From: Phoronis australis
Taxonomy: Eukaryota; Animalia; Phoronida
Length of the DNA: 64,000 nt
Reading direction: 5' to 3'
NCBI GenBank assembly: GCA_002633005.1
Contig: NMRA01000262.1
Coordinates: 68,902-132,901 of the forward strand
The translations under genes and the position numbers were made by a program. The notes under the pieces were generated by a model, which saw only the letters and a program-made list of their open reading frames with translations, ran no database searches and was not told the origin of the DNA. Numbering within the stretch: position 1 is the stretch's first letter; each line of letters opens with the position of its first letter. Of this stretch, positions 38,134 to 51,539 are shown piece by piece.

Positions 38134-41100
38134 ACTTGCTCTCTGTCAATGTGTAGACTTGCTCTGTGTCAATGTGTAGCTGTTATTTGCAGAATGTCTC
38201 ACTTGTGTAGACTTGCTCTGTGTCAATGTGTAGCTATTATTAGCAAATTTACACTTGTTAAAAGTTTCTATTGTCTTGCATCCGACTGGTTGGTTACCGT
38301 TTCTTACGGTTTTTTGTTGGATTAAGAGGGCCCAGGGTAAGAGTGTCTAAACTGTGCTTCCTCCCCCGTATGACATCCTAGACCAGCTGATGTCTTGATG
38401 GTAGGGTCAGAACCAGGCACATAGAAAATGTTGGAAAGGAACTATCTTTAACATAGCTCATGAATGAGGCATGCACCGGCATGGCTCATATGACTAGTGT
38501 GAGTTCAATTCACCTCCAATAAATACCAACCAGTCAATCTCAAGCATAAAAATTGCTCAGAAGAATATGTGCCATAAACAGACTTTGTAAGAAGAACACC
38601 ACAGAAGGGTAGACCCTTATATATGGAGCGTGATGATTAACTATTGTCAAGTAAACATTATGTTAAGCTACAGAAGAGAGAAGTTGATTTGGGCCTTTGG
38701 TGCTCTAGTCAACACACCGTTATGCCTCCGCTTGGCATGTGTTGAGAGGATACACTTAATGGTGTCAACATGGCATTGTAATGACTGACCTGGCATGTGG
38801 TGAGAGTGTACACTTAATGGTGTACTGTGTTTGTCTTCAGATTACTGTATTTTTAATCGTAGAGCATTGTGTTGCGTGATGTCTAGGATTAGCTCAATTG
38901 CGTCTACATCATTACTCTTTGTTAAAGATCTGACTCATGTGTGATTACCTCATTTCTCTTTTCTACAAAAACTGATAACAGTATTCATGAATGTCCTTTG
39001 AGGTTACTAGTATTTTCAGCTTTCAAAACTTCATGGTGTTCACCTCAGATGTTAACATCTGCTGTGTCCAGTAGTAGCATTTTACACTACCACTGATATG
39101 TCTGTCTTGTGATTTGTTAAAACATGTTATTATGAAGTAGTGTTGCCAGGTAAGGCTAAAAAATGACACATGCCATCACGCTGGTCACATGTTGCTATTT
39201 GCCATCTGACCAATCAAGACGCCTGAAATCATATGACAACTAAGTAAGCTGGTAGTATCATTAGATCAAAGCAGGTAATAAAAAACATGGTAATCTAATC
39301 ATAGGAAAGAACCATCGGTAGTTGTGTAGTAAAAGAAATGTAGACTCTCTTGGGATTAATTTTAAGTTATAGGGACCTCTGTTGTTTTGCAGTGTATCCT
39401 TCTGTCTGACAACTTTGCACTCCCTCAAATAGGACCTGTTATGGGCCTTGAGACGCATATTTGTATATTTTGTAGAATGATTGTTTAATGCATCACTTAC
39501 CTCTTGGGTAAACGTTCTAATCCTCGAATTAATTAAAAAAATCAAATTTGAAATTGTTCTTTGAAAGTTTTCATTCCATGTTTGTGCAAATTTGTGTTCA
39601 AGTACGCAATGGTTATTTGGAGGACTACTTCTAGATTGCACTTGATGACCCCAGCAAATTTTACTTGAAATCTAGAGTCTTTACTAGTTTTTACCTCAAA
39701 TCTAGAGTTTTTACTAGTTTGTACCTCAAATCTAGAGGTCATCAAGTGCAAACTTAGACTAGCAGAAACTATAATGTACTGGAGCACATAAAGACGTGCA
39801 GTTATCTTAACTCTACAAGTGATGTTAGAGTCACGGTAAACTTGGGTTTTGTCAAAGAAACTAAATTTTGATTTAGTCCACTTACTGCTATAAAATTTGT
39901 CTCAACTTGTTGCAAACTTAGATGAGAAAGTAATTTATGGTCTCAACTTGTTGCAAACTTAGATGAGAACGTGATTTATGGTCTCAACTTGTTGCAAACT
40001 TAGATGAGTATGTGATTTATGGTCTCGTAGAGACATGCCAAGAATTGTACACCCAGCCTAAAATATAGGGGGGCTTGAATTTTTCGGTATGCGCACCTTT
40101 TTACCCAAAAAATATCAACACTGACTAAAAAAACAGGAACGGGGTCACTAGGTTCAGGCCTACAAATCCGCGCCGAATTCCTGTGGACTTTCGTCTCAAT
40201 TACTCGGACTTTTTGTTTCACCGAGGCGGACCTTTTTTCCCCAATTCGACAAATTGGGGGGGGGCTCCCCCTTGGTGCGCCCAAGTTTTGCAACACTTAC
40301 CTGCTTACCTGTTATTGCAACATTAAACAAACGTTTTAGATTGTAGAAGTCAGATTTCTTGTCCTGTTTTCAAAATTCAAAAACCTGATCACGTATGTGT
40401 GCTTTTCATGTCCAGTGTGTTTGATGGGTCTCATTATCTAGAGAACAGAGGCGATTAAATTAACCTCAACAGCATGGTGTCTGTGATCTACAACCGCCAG
40501 ATTCTGAGCTACGCAAACTGGCCGAGTTGCCCAATCTCAACCGGTTGGGTGCCAACGTGAGATTTTTTTCGTGAACTGTCAGTTTGCTATTCCTTGAGAT
40601 CATACACGTCAAACAGTATGTCACGCTGTAAACTGTCAGTCTGTTATTCCTAGCCCAGAAAATTAGTTATTTTGATTGAGGAACAATTTGAGACGAATTT
40701 GGCAATGGTAAGTGGTTTAAATTGGCTGCTTTTTCACACTGATAATTATCAATTCAAATATTATCAGTAACAAATCATTACAGAATGAATACCTCCAAAT
40801 GTCCCATCTAATGGGTGTTCCAAAACGTTCTCTTCAATGCAGTGGCAGGAGTTCAAATTCAGTTCCACTGGCTCGGACTCGGCACCTGGACCCACTGTAA
40901 GGTTACTCACTGTGAATGCTAGTCAAATTCAGTTCCACTGGCTCAGACTCAGCACCTGGACCCACTGTAAGGTTACTCACTGTGAATGCTAGTCGACTTG
41001 TTACTCTCTAAGGACGAGAATGGTAAATAAGCAACTCAGTTTTGGAGACGGTAAATTTATTAGGCAGTGGTACAGGTAATGTAGTGATACAGGTAATGCA

Positions 41101-41644
41101 GTGGTACAGATAATGCAATGTCAATCAAGTGCACGTCCATCTTAATTTACGATGTATGTTCATTTTAGTTAAAAAAAGGAAATTACTTTCTTGATCAGTT
41201 CTTGAAGAAAATAAATGATCCTATTTCTACTTCAATTAATAACACGGCTCTTGTGTGCAGGTACATTCTGTGTTGTGTAAGAAATGTTTCAAATGTGGAC
41301 AGTCATTCGTGTGATGTCACATGATTGTATTTATCACATTACTTTGTCAAGACAGATTTTTAGCATCACTTAATGGGCACTTTCTCATTCATTCTGTATA
41401 AGTGATCACTAGAACACAAGGTGCAGTGGTAAGCATTCATATGTGGTGTACCTGTGGTGGCTGGGTTTCACCACACACCCCCACTGACAGTTGGGGTCTG
41501 CTAGTCACAGTACAAATAATATTGGTTTTTAATGAGTGTATGGCAGACTGAGAAGAGGCTTCTTCAAGAGCAAACTAATGTATTCAGACGTACTCAGTAG
41601 GCCTACTGTAGCTTTAAAGAACTGACTGCCAACCTTCATGATGG

Positions 41645-44043
41645 TTTTTATGCGCCCACATATTTATATGTGGACGCATTATGCCGTCATCTCCGTCCGG
41701 CGTCCGCTGCTCTATCTCCAAAACCGTTTGACATACGTTCATGAAATTTGGCACATATGTTCCATTCATGAATGGGACGGCATGTGCGAACTTTCGGACG
41801 GATCCGACTACCGGTGTGCCCCCTAGTGGCAATTTTAGTTTTTTACGCTTACCTTTGTATCTTCAAAAGTCCTGAACGGATTTTCATGAAATTTGGTATG
41901 TAGGCACCTAGTAGTGAGATGACGCTATCCTGCCGTTTTCAGATGGATTCGACATAGTTTGCGCCACCTAGTGGCCATTTTTACTGTTTTCGAGTCTGTT
42001 TTTGTGCTTCCACCCCTCTATCAACCAAACCGCTCAAAGGATGATTGTGAAAATTGGCATGTATATGCTTACTATGTAGAGGACGGTTGACGATGATTTT
42101 CCGACGATTTCGACTACTGTGGCGCCTCCTAGTGGCAGTTTTGTTTTTTTTGCGCCTATGGCTGTATCTCCTAAACCGTTTGCAGGATCTTTACGAAATT
42201 GTGTAAGTATATTTATATGATGTTAACAACGGAAGATGACGACTTTTGGACGGATCCGACTACCGGTGTGCCCCCTAGTGGCAATTTTAATTTTTTTACG
42301 CTTACCTTTGTATCTTCACAAGTCCTTATTGGATTTTCATGAAATTTGGTATGTAGGCACCTATTAGTGAGATGACGCTATCCTCCCGTTTTCAGATGGA
42401 TTCGACATAGTTTGCGCCACCTAGTGGCCATTTTTAGTGTTTTCGAGTCTGTTTTTGTGCGTCCACCCCTCTATCAACCAAACCGCTCAAAGGATGATTG
42501 TGAAAATTGGCATGTATATGCTTACTATGTAGAGGACGGTTGACGATGATTTTCCGACGATTTCGACTACTGTGGCGCCTCCTAGTGGCAGTTTTGTTTT
42601 TTTGCGCCTATGGCTGTATCTCCTAAACCGTTCGCAGGATCTTTACGAAATTGTGTAAGTATATTTATATGATGTTAACAACGGAAGATGACGACTTTTG
42701 GACGGATCCGACTACCGGTGTGCCCCCTAGTGGCAATTTTAATTTTTTTACGCTTACCTTTGTATCTTCACAAGTCCTTATTGGATTTTCATGAAATTTG
42801 GTATGTAGGCACCTATTAGTGAGATGACGCTATCCTCCCGTTTTCAGATGGATTCGACATAGTTTGCGCCACCTAGTGGCCATTTTTAGTGTTTTCGAGT
42901 CTGTTTTTGTGCGTCCACCCCTCTATCAACCAAACCGCTCAAAGGATGATTGTGAAAATTGGCATGTATATGCTTACTATGTAGAGGACGGTTGACGATG
43001 ATTTTCCGACGATTTCGACTACTGTGGCGCCTCCTAGTGGCAGTTTTGTTTTTTTGCGCCTATGGCTGTATCTCCTAAACCGTTCGCAGGATCTTTACAA
43101 ATTGTGTAAGTATATTTATATGATGTTAACAACGGAAGATGACGACTTTTGGTCGGATCCGACTACCGGTGTGCCCCCTAGTGGCAATTTTAGTTTTTTA
43201 CGCTTACCTTTGTATCTTCAAAAGTATTGAACGGATTTTCATGAAATTTGGTATGTAGGCACCTATTAGTGAGATGACGCTATCCTACTGTTTTCAGATG
43301 GATTCGACGTAGTTTGCGCCACCTAGTGGCCATTTTTACTGTTTTCGAGTCTGTATTTTTGCGTCCACCCCTCTATCAACCAAACCGCTCAAAGGATGAT
43401 TGTGAAAATTGGCGTGTATGTGCTTACTATAAGGAAGACAGCTGACAATGATTTTCAGACGATTTGGACTACTGTGGCGCCTCCTAGTGGCAGTTTTGTT
43501 TTTTTGCGCCCATGGCTGTATCTCCCAAACCGTTTGCAGGATCTTTACTAAATTTAGCAAGTGTATTTATGTGATGTTGACAACGGACGATGACGACTTT
43601 AGGATGATTCTGATTACCGGTATGCCTCTAGTGGCAATTTTAGTATTTGCCTCTAGTGGCAATTTTAGTATTTTACATTGACCTCTGTATTTTCATAGGT
43701 CTTCAGGTGTATACTTTGTGTTACTTCGTGACTGTGAAGGAAAAGTTCCAAGTAGAAATTTGTTTCTGGCATTCTAATGCTGTGCTAATCTCGTATGTTG
43801 GTAAATTTGTTTTTAATTCTATGTTTCTGTGGTGCTTTAAGCAACTGGTGTATAGGATGTGCTTGTATTATGAAGATTACTCACATTTTGCCCCTAGCCT
43901 ATTGAGGAGACAATGACCATGCCTTTCCATTTTGCAAAGTATGCCCTCTACTGGCCACTTTATGGTACCAATAAACAACCCTAGAAGGATACCGTATAGG
44001 GTGCAATTGTGGGCGCATTTCAACGCTCTGCGTTGCTTTTGTT
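41645..44043 (+). mobile_element. Full-length HINE-like element with homogeneous ~452-bp higher-order repeat (about 4 units)
   Basis: g(a/t)cggatccgactaccgg recurs at 41797, 42249, 42701 and 43152; same termini as the 35636 copy; inserted in a T-run (empty site atggttttctaa at ~48050). Confidence 0.8.
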
Positions 44044-44094
44044 TGAAAGTTAAAGTTCACATTAATGTAATGTCTCATCATTTTCCACTTCTAG

Positions 44095-44171
44095 ACAAAA
44101 AGACCGTCCCTGACGAAGGTTATAGCAAGTATGGTCAGCAAGATACATCACAGAATGTCTCACTTGTGTAG
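44095..44171 (+). CDS. Receptor terminal exon, copy 2 (DKKTVPDEGYSKYGQQDTSQNVSLV*)
   Basis: Near-identical duplicate of 38057-38133 with an intact acceptor and one A->T substitution. Confidence 0.55.
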
Positions 44172-45250
44172 ACTTGCTCTCTGTCAATGTGTAGACTTGC
44201 TCTCTGTCAATGTGTAGCTGGTATTAGCAAATTTACACTTGTTAAAAGTTTCTATTGTCTTGCATCCGACTGGTTGGTTACCGTTTCTTACGGTTTCTTG
44301 TTGGATTAAGAGGGCCCAGGGTAATAGTGTCTAAACTGTGCTTCCTCCCCCGTGTGACATCCTAGACCAGCTGATGTCTTGATGGTAGGTTCAGAAGCAG
44401 GCACATAGAAAACATTGGGAAGGAACTGACTTTAACATAGCTCATGAATGAGGCATGCACCGGCATGGCTCATATGACTGGTGTGAGTTCAATTCACCTC
44501 CAGTAAATACCAACCAGTCAATCTCAAGCATAAAAATTGCTCAGAAGAATATGTGCCATAAACAGACTTTGTAAGAACACCACAGAAGGGTAGACCCTTA
44601 TATATGGAGCGTGGTGATTAACTATTGTCAAGTCAACATTATGTTAAGCTACAGAAGGGAGAAGTTGATTTGGGCCTTTGGTGCTCTAGTCAACACACCG
44701 TTATGCCTCAGCTTGGCATGTGTTGAGAGGATACACTTAATGGTGTCAACATGGCATTGTAATGACTGACCTGGCATGTGGTGAGAGTGTACACTTGATG
44801 GTGTCAACATGGCATTGTAATGACTGACCTGGCGTGTGGTGAGAGGATACACTTAGTGGTGTCAACATGGCATTGTAATGACTGACCTGGCATGTGTTGA
44901 GAGGATACACTTAATAGTGTCAACATGGCATTGTAATGACTGACCTGGCATGTGTTGAGAGGATACACTTAATGGTGTACTGTGTTTGTCTCCAGATTAC
45001 TGTATTTTTAATCGTAGAGCATTGTGTTGCGTGATGTCTAGGATTAGCTCAATTGCATCTACATCATTACTCTTTGTTAAAGATCTGACTCATGTGTGAT
45101 TACCTCATTTCTCTTTTCTACAAAAACTGATAACAGTATTCATGAATGTCCTTTGAGATTACTAGTATTTTCAGCTTTCAAAACTTCATGGTGTTCACCT
45201 CAGATGTAGCATTTTACACTACCACTGATATGTCTGTCTTGTGATTTGTT

Positions 45251-46223
45251 AAAACATGTTATTATGAAGTAGTGTTGCCAGGTAAGGCTAAGACAAAACA
45301 TGTTATTATGAAGTAGTGTTGCCAGGTAAGGCTAAGACAAAACATGTTATTATGAAGTAGTGTTGCCAGGTAAGGCTAAGACAAAACATGTTATTATGAA
45401 GTAGTGTTGCCAGGTAAGGCTAAGACAAAACATGTTATTATGAAGTAGTGTTGCCAGGTAAGGCTAAGACAAAACATGTTATTATGAAGTAGTGTTGCCA
45501 GGTAAGGCTAAGACAAAACATGTTATTATGAAGTAGTGTTGCCAGGTAAGGCTAAGACAAAACATGTTATTATGAAGTAGTGTTGCCAGGTAAGGCTAAG
45601 ACAAAACATGTTATTATGAAGTAGTGTTGCCAGGTAAGGCTAAGACAAAACATGTTATTATGAAGTAGTGTTGCCAGGTAAGGCTAAGACAAAACATGTT
45701 ATTATGAAGTAGTGTTGCCAGGTAAGGCTAAGACAAAACATGTTATTATGAAGTAGTGTTGCCAGGTAAGGCTAAGACAAAACATGTTATTATGAAGTAG
45801 TGTTGCCAGGTAAGGCTAAGACAAAACATGTTATTATGAAGTAGTGTTGCCAGGTAAGGCTAAGACAAAACATGTTATTATGAAGTAGTGTTGCCAGGTA
45901 AGGCTAAGACAAAACATGTTATTATGAAGTAGTGTTGCCAGGTAAGGCTAAGACAAAACATGTTATTATGAAGTAGTGTTGCCAGGTAAGGCTAAGACAA
46001 AACATGTTATTATGAAGTAGTGTTGCCAGGTAAGGCTAAGACAAAACATGTTATTATGAAGTAGTGTTGCCAGGTAAGGCTAAGACAAAACATGTTATTA
46101 TGAAGTAGTGTTGCCAGGTAAGGCTAAGACAAAACATGTTATTATGAAGTAGTGTTGCCAGGTAAGGCTAAGACAAAACATGTTATTATGAAGTAGTGTT
46201 GCCAGGTAAGGCTAAGACAAAAC
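45251..46223. repeat. Perfect minisatellite, 44-bp unit x ~22, ending at an N join
   Basis: aaaacatgttattatgaagtagtgttgccaggtaaggctaagac. Confidence 0.97.
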
Positions 46224-47389
46224 NAAACTAAATTTTGATTTAGTCCACTTACTGCTATAAAATTTGTCTCAACTTGTTGCAAACTTAGATGAGAAAGTAA
46301 TTTATGGTCTCAACTTGTTGCAAACTTAGATGAGAACGTGATTTATGGTCTCAACTTGTTGCAAACTTAGATGAGAATGTGATTTATGGTCTCGTAGAGA
46401 CATGCCAAGAATTGTACACCCAGCCTAAAATATAGGGGGGCTTGAATTTTTCGGTATGCGCACCTTTTTACCCAAAAAACATCAACACTGACTAAAAAAA
46501 ACAGGAACGGGGTCACTAGGTTCAGGCCTACAAATTGTTCAATCCGCGCCGAATTCCTGTGGACTTTCGTCTCAATTACTCGGACTTTTTGTTTCACTGA
46601 GGCGGACCTTTTTTCCCCAATTCGACAAATTGGGGGGGGGGCTCCCCCTTGGTGCGCCCAAGTTTTGCAACACTTACCTGCTTACCTGTTATTGCAACAT
46701 TAAACAAACGTTTTAGATTGTAGAAGTCAGATTTCTTGTCCTGTTTTCAAAATTCAAATTCCTGATCACGTATGTGTGCTTTACATGTCCAGTGTGTTGG
46801 ATGAGTCTCATTATCTAGAGAACAGAGGCGATTTAATTAACCTCAACAGCATGGTGTCTGTGATCTACAACCGCCAGATTCTGAGCTACGCAAACTGGCC
46901 GAGTTGCCCAATCTCAACCGGTTGGGTGCCAACGTGAGATTTTTTTCTTGAACTGTCAGTTTGCTATTCCTTGAGATCATGCACGTCAAACAGTATGTCA
47001 CGCTGTAAACTGTCAGTCTGTTATTCCTAGCCCAGAAAATTAGTTATTTTGATTGAGGAACAATTTGAGACGAATTTGGCAATGGTAAGTGGTTTAAATT
47101 GGAAGACAAGTTTATAGCTGCTTTTTCACACTAATAATTATCAATTCAAATATTATCAGTAACAAATCATTACAGAATGAATACCTCCAAATGTCCCATC
47201 TAATGGGTGTTCCAAAATGTTCTCTTCAATGCAGTGGCAGGAGTTCAAATTCAGTTCCACTGGCTCAGACTCAGCACCTGGACCCACTGTAAGGTTACTC
47301 ACTGTGAATGCTAGTCGACTTGTTACTCTCTAAGGACGAGAATGGTAAATAAGCAACTCAGTTTTGGAGACGGTAAATTTATTAGGCAA

Positions 47390-47525
47390 TGGTACAGGTA
47401 ATGTAGTGATACAGGTAATGCAGTGATACAGGTAATGCAGTGATACAGGTAATGCAGTGATACAGGTAATGCAGTGATACAGGTAATGCAGTGATACAGG
47501 TAATGCAGTGATACAGGTAATGCAA
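47390..47525. repeat. Minisatellite, 17-bp unit x ~8
   Basis: aggtaatgcagtgatac. Confidence 0.92.
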
Positions 47526-48998
47526 TGTCAATCAAGTGCACGTCCATCTTAGTTTACGATGTATGTTCATTTTAGTTAAAAAAAAGGAAATTACTTTCTT
47601 GATCAGTTCTTGAAGAAAATAAATGATCCTATTTCTACTTCAATTAATAACACGGCTCTTGTGTGTAGGTACATTCTGTGTTGTGTAAGAAATGTTTCAA
47701 ATGTGGACAGTCATTCGTGTGATGTCACATGATTGTATTTGTCACATTACTTTGTCAAGACAGATTTTTAGCATCACTTAATGGTCACTTTCTCATTCAT
47801 TCTGTATAAGTGATTACTAGAACACAAGGTGCAGTAGTAAGCATTCATATGTGGTGTACCTGTGGTGGCTGGGTTTGACCACACACCCCCACTGACAGTT
47901 GAGGTCTGCTAGTCACAGTACAAATAATATTGGTTTTTAATGAGTGTATGGCAGACTGAGAAGAGGCTTCTTCAAGAGCAAACTAATGTATTCAGACTTA
48001 CTCAGTAGGCCTACTGTAGCTTTAAAGAACTGACTGCCAACCTTTATGATGGTTTTCTAATTATCGAGTTATTTTGACAATGACCGTGCTGCATACAAGA
48101 GACTATTAATTTTTGTTCATACTTTAACAAATAGGGATTTTTATTTTGTGGAAAACGTGAAGTTTTGTGTGCGAGAACGCTTTTTTCATCAAATTGATCC
48201 GAAACCATTTTGAAGTATCCTCGACCAATTGCAAAGTTATTCAGCAATGAAAGGTCACGCTTGTTAAGTCACCTGTAGTTCAAACGAGTCTTAAACTGTA
48301 AACATAAAATATTCTTTAATGTATATAACCTGTTTATTCTTTATTGCCAGTATTTTTCTCAGAATCTCTTTACATTGTGATTCGATTTATTTATTGTAAC
48401 AGTTTTGTGTGAATCCATGTTTTATTCTCTGGTACAATTTAAACAGCTGCATTTATTTAATATTGAAATAAACATTTTTGTAGTGAATCTCGTATAAATG
48501 TACATTTTCATCTGCAACAAACACAATTTTAAGCTACCCTCTGACACCACCTATACTGAAAAGTGTCCCTGTAGAAACATGATGAACGACTCATGGAATT
48601 CCATGCATGGGCATCAATGTGCATGCTTGGTCGAAAGTTTATCGATCAACATTGCCACCACTTGCACACGCCTTCTCTGCACTTTACTTGTTTGGTCTTA
48701 GCCACGGGATCGAGTTCTCTCAATTTTATTTACTGCCCGTTTTAATAAATTGCAACTATTCAAGTCAAAGATGGTTTATAGAATTGGTCTATTTTTACCT
48801 TTCTCGTTTTAGAACTGACTTCAATGCTTGTAAAGACAGATAGTTTTATTTCAGAGTTGTTTCATAAATTTGCTTGTCACACAGTGTTAGTTGCAGATGC
48901 AAAAGCAATAGGCCTGAATGGAGAATCCCAATCACTATGTTTTAACCACGTGAAATTCAAACAAAACCTTTTTTTGCAAAAAGATGACCTGCTACTGC

Positions 48999-49229
48999 CA
49001 GGGCTTGGAATGACCAATGACAAAAAAGAGGAAAATTTTCCAGGTGATGTATCGTTCCACAAATAGCCTTGTGTGATTAAAATATTTTTGTGTTGTAAAA
49101 TTTCACTGATTAATCAATGTTTTTGTATGAATAAAGTCAAAATAATGATTAGAAAACAGACAAAAAAGAGATTGGAAATCAAAACCAAAAAAGGGAAATC
49201 CTCTTAAAAAAGAAAAATTCCAGGCTCTG
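48999..49229. mobile_element. MITE related to 23958-24457
   Basis: cagggcttggaatgaccaatgacaaaaaag ... aaattccaggctctg. Confidence 0.6.
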
Positions 49230-49594
49230 ATCGGTCACTTTTCTATCCTTAATAACTATGAACCAATCACTCGCATGAAACTATGAACCAAACACTTGAA
49301 TGAAACTATGAACCAATCGCATGAAACTTTGAACCAATCACTCGCACGAAACTATAAACCAATCACTTGATGAAGGTGTAAGAACAAATTCATTGTTTTT
49401 TGCAGTCGAACATGAAAAATCTCACCGCAGCTTTCCAAAAACATTTGTGATAATCGAATTCCAATGATACCATGAACATCATTGAGAAAATTGCATAATT
49501 GTAGTTTGTTTATTTCGTACGCCCAACAGGTCAAATGTAAACATTGGTAAAAACATCAAAGGGTAAGTAACAGCTGGTTGGTGTATGCAAAGAT

Positions 49595-49762
49595 TTTAAT
49601 GCCACCTCACCCATTGTTTGACTCAACTTTAATGCCACCTCACCCATTGTTTGACTCAACTTTAATGCCACCTCACCCATTGTTTGACTCAACTTTAATG
49701 CCACCTCACCCATTGTTTGACTCAACTTTAATGCCACCTCACCCATTGTTTGACTCAACTTT
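49595..49762. repeat. Minisatellite, 33-bp unit x 5
   Basis: tttaatgccacctcacccattgtttgactcaac. Confidence 0.95.
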
Positions 49763-50112
49763 CATGCTAACGATATATTTACACATAAAAATTGACAAAC
49801 ATTACAAATTTAACAGGACCATAAGTACAATTAATAATCAATAAATCAGCCAGCTTTAAAAACGAGTACATTCAAACATTTTTTATCAACAATTTTGTTG
49901 AGATCAAAATGTTGGTATTGCACATATTCATTTCACAGCTAATAATATTCCATGAAGCTGCACTGAGCCATGCAGTTATTGACTAAATTAACTAGGACAA
50001 TTTCTTCAAATCCATAAACTAAATGACAGCGTAAACATATGTTGCAGTTAGGAGGCAGTTTATGAAGGAAAAATATATTAAGTATCAAAACGAAAAATAT
50101 CACTTAAATATT

Positions 50113-50736
50113 TAACAAGAGCCCAGGAATGAACCACAAATGGTGTGCATTTAGGGGTGTTTATTTGTATCATAAAAATGACCACTAAATGGTGGAAAAA
50201 TACACCAGAGAAACAGAGGAAAACATAAAAAATGAAATTCCCACTAGGGGGCACAACGTTCGGCAAATCCGTCTGAAAGTCGTCTTCGTCCATTGTCAAC
50301 CTTATGTGAGTTTGGCACATACAGCTATTGGCACAAAAAATAAAACTGCCACTAGGAGGTGCCACAGCAGTTGAAGTTGTCGGAAAATCATCGTCAACCG
50401 TCCTCTTCGCACTAAAAACATATTTGCCAATTTTCACAATCATCCTTGGAGTAGTTTGGTTAATTAAGAGACAGATGCCAAAAACATACTTGAAAACAGT
50501 AAAAATGGCCACTAGGTGGTGCAAAATATCTTGAATCCGTTTCGATTCGGGATGATAGCATCATCTCACTGACAAATGGCAAATTTCATGAAGATACAGA
50601 GGTAAATGTAAAAAACTAAAATTATCACTAGGGGGCACACCAGTAGTCAGAGCCATCCAAAAATTCATTGTCATCTGTTGTCAGCTTCATAGGAATATAT
50701 CTGCCAACTCTCATATAAATATGTGGGCACATAAAA
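50113..50736 (-). mobile_element. HINE-like repeat copy, reverse orientation
   Basis: Reverse complement of the family 5' end (gtgggcacataaaaa at ~50722-50736) and 3' end (aacaagagccc); ccactagggggc motifs. Confidence 0.7.
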
Positions 50737-51220
50737 ATCTGACTTTAATGCAAAACTATAGAAATCATTGCACTAATTAAGCAATGAAGTAAAAATTGTG
50801 AAATTTTCAAATTCCATACACACACAGTCTTGTCATCTGTTTACTTGTGTATCAACAGGGATTAAGACTTCACTAAGCTTACTTTAATCGGAACTGTCAA
50901 TTCTCCAGAATATTCATTAAAGATTTATAATTTTTTCTGAATTAAATTAAAAACTTGTTTACAAAAAAACACACATGTGCACACTTGAACAGGTTGTGTG
51001 GAAATTTTCCTGTTTCAGATATAGCATTTTTAAGGTATTTACTAAAGGTGATCCCACGAGTCTCCAGTTAACGCATAATTCTTTCTCTGCATGTTTCTGT
51101 TGTATTAAAATGAGCGATTCAGACAGCAAGTCCATGGACAGAAGAAATGTGCACTTTAAAGGATGTAAAACTTGCATGCGACAAATCCAGTCACTTTAAA
51201 TGTGACTAGCCAATCAGTGG

Positions 51221-51539
51221 TCAGCACCGGAAGAACCGGGTCAACTGCATCTGACCTTTTGGCAAGGGCTTGGCTGCTTTCTTGATTGTCTTCTTCGCGC
51301 GACTTCTTTGGCTTGTCTTTTGTCTCTTTGATGAGGCGTTTTCTGCCAACTCCAGGCCACGTTTTGTTGTAGACTTCACCCTGTCACTGGGCGGGTCACA
51401 AACACTGCTGTTACAAGGCACAGACAGAGGAGCATTTTCAATGTTTTCCTTATCGAGCGTAGACTCCAGGAATTTCTTTGCTTTATCCACTGAGTTACAG
51501 TCACCTTTGATTTCTGTATTTGTACTCTGATATTCTCTG
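51221..51539 (-). CDS. PARPBP: PARPBP terminal exon with PIP box (…KPLPKGQMQLTRFFRC*)
   Basis: ggtttcag acceptor fits phase 2; QxxLxxFF at the extreme C-terminus; basic NLS-like stretch. Confidence 0.87.

Larger units (their letters stand above)
37800..48057 (+). repeat. Tandem segmental duplication (~37800-41644 vs ~43855-48057)
   Basis: Colinear near-identical sequence including the receptor terminal exon; differences are SNPs, indels and minisatellite copy number. Confidence 0.92.
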
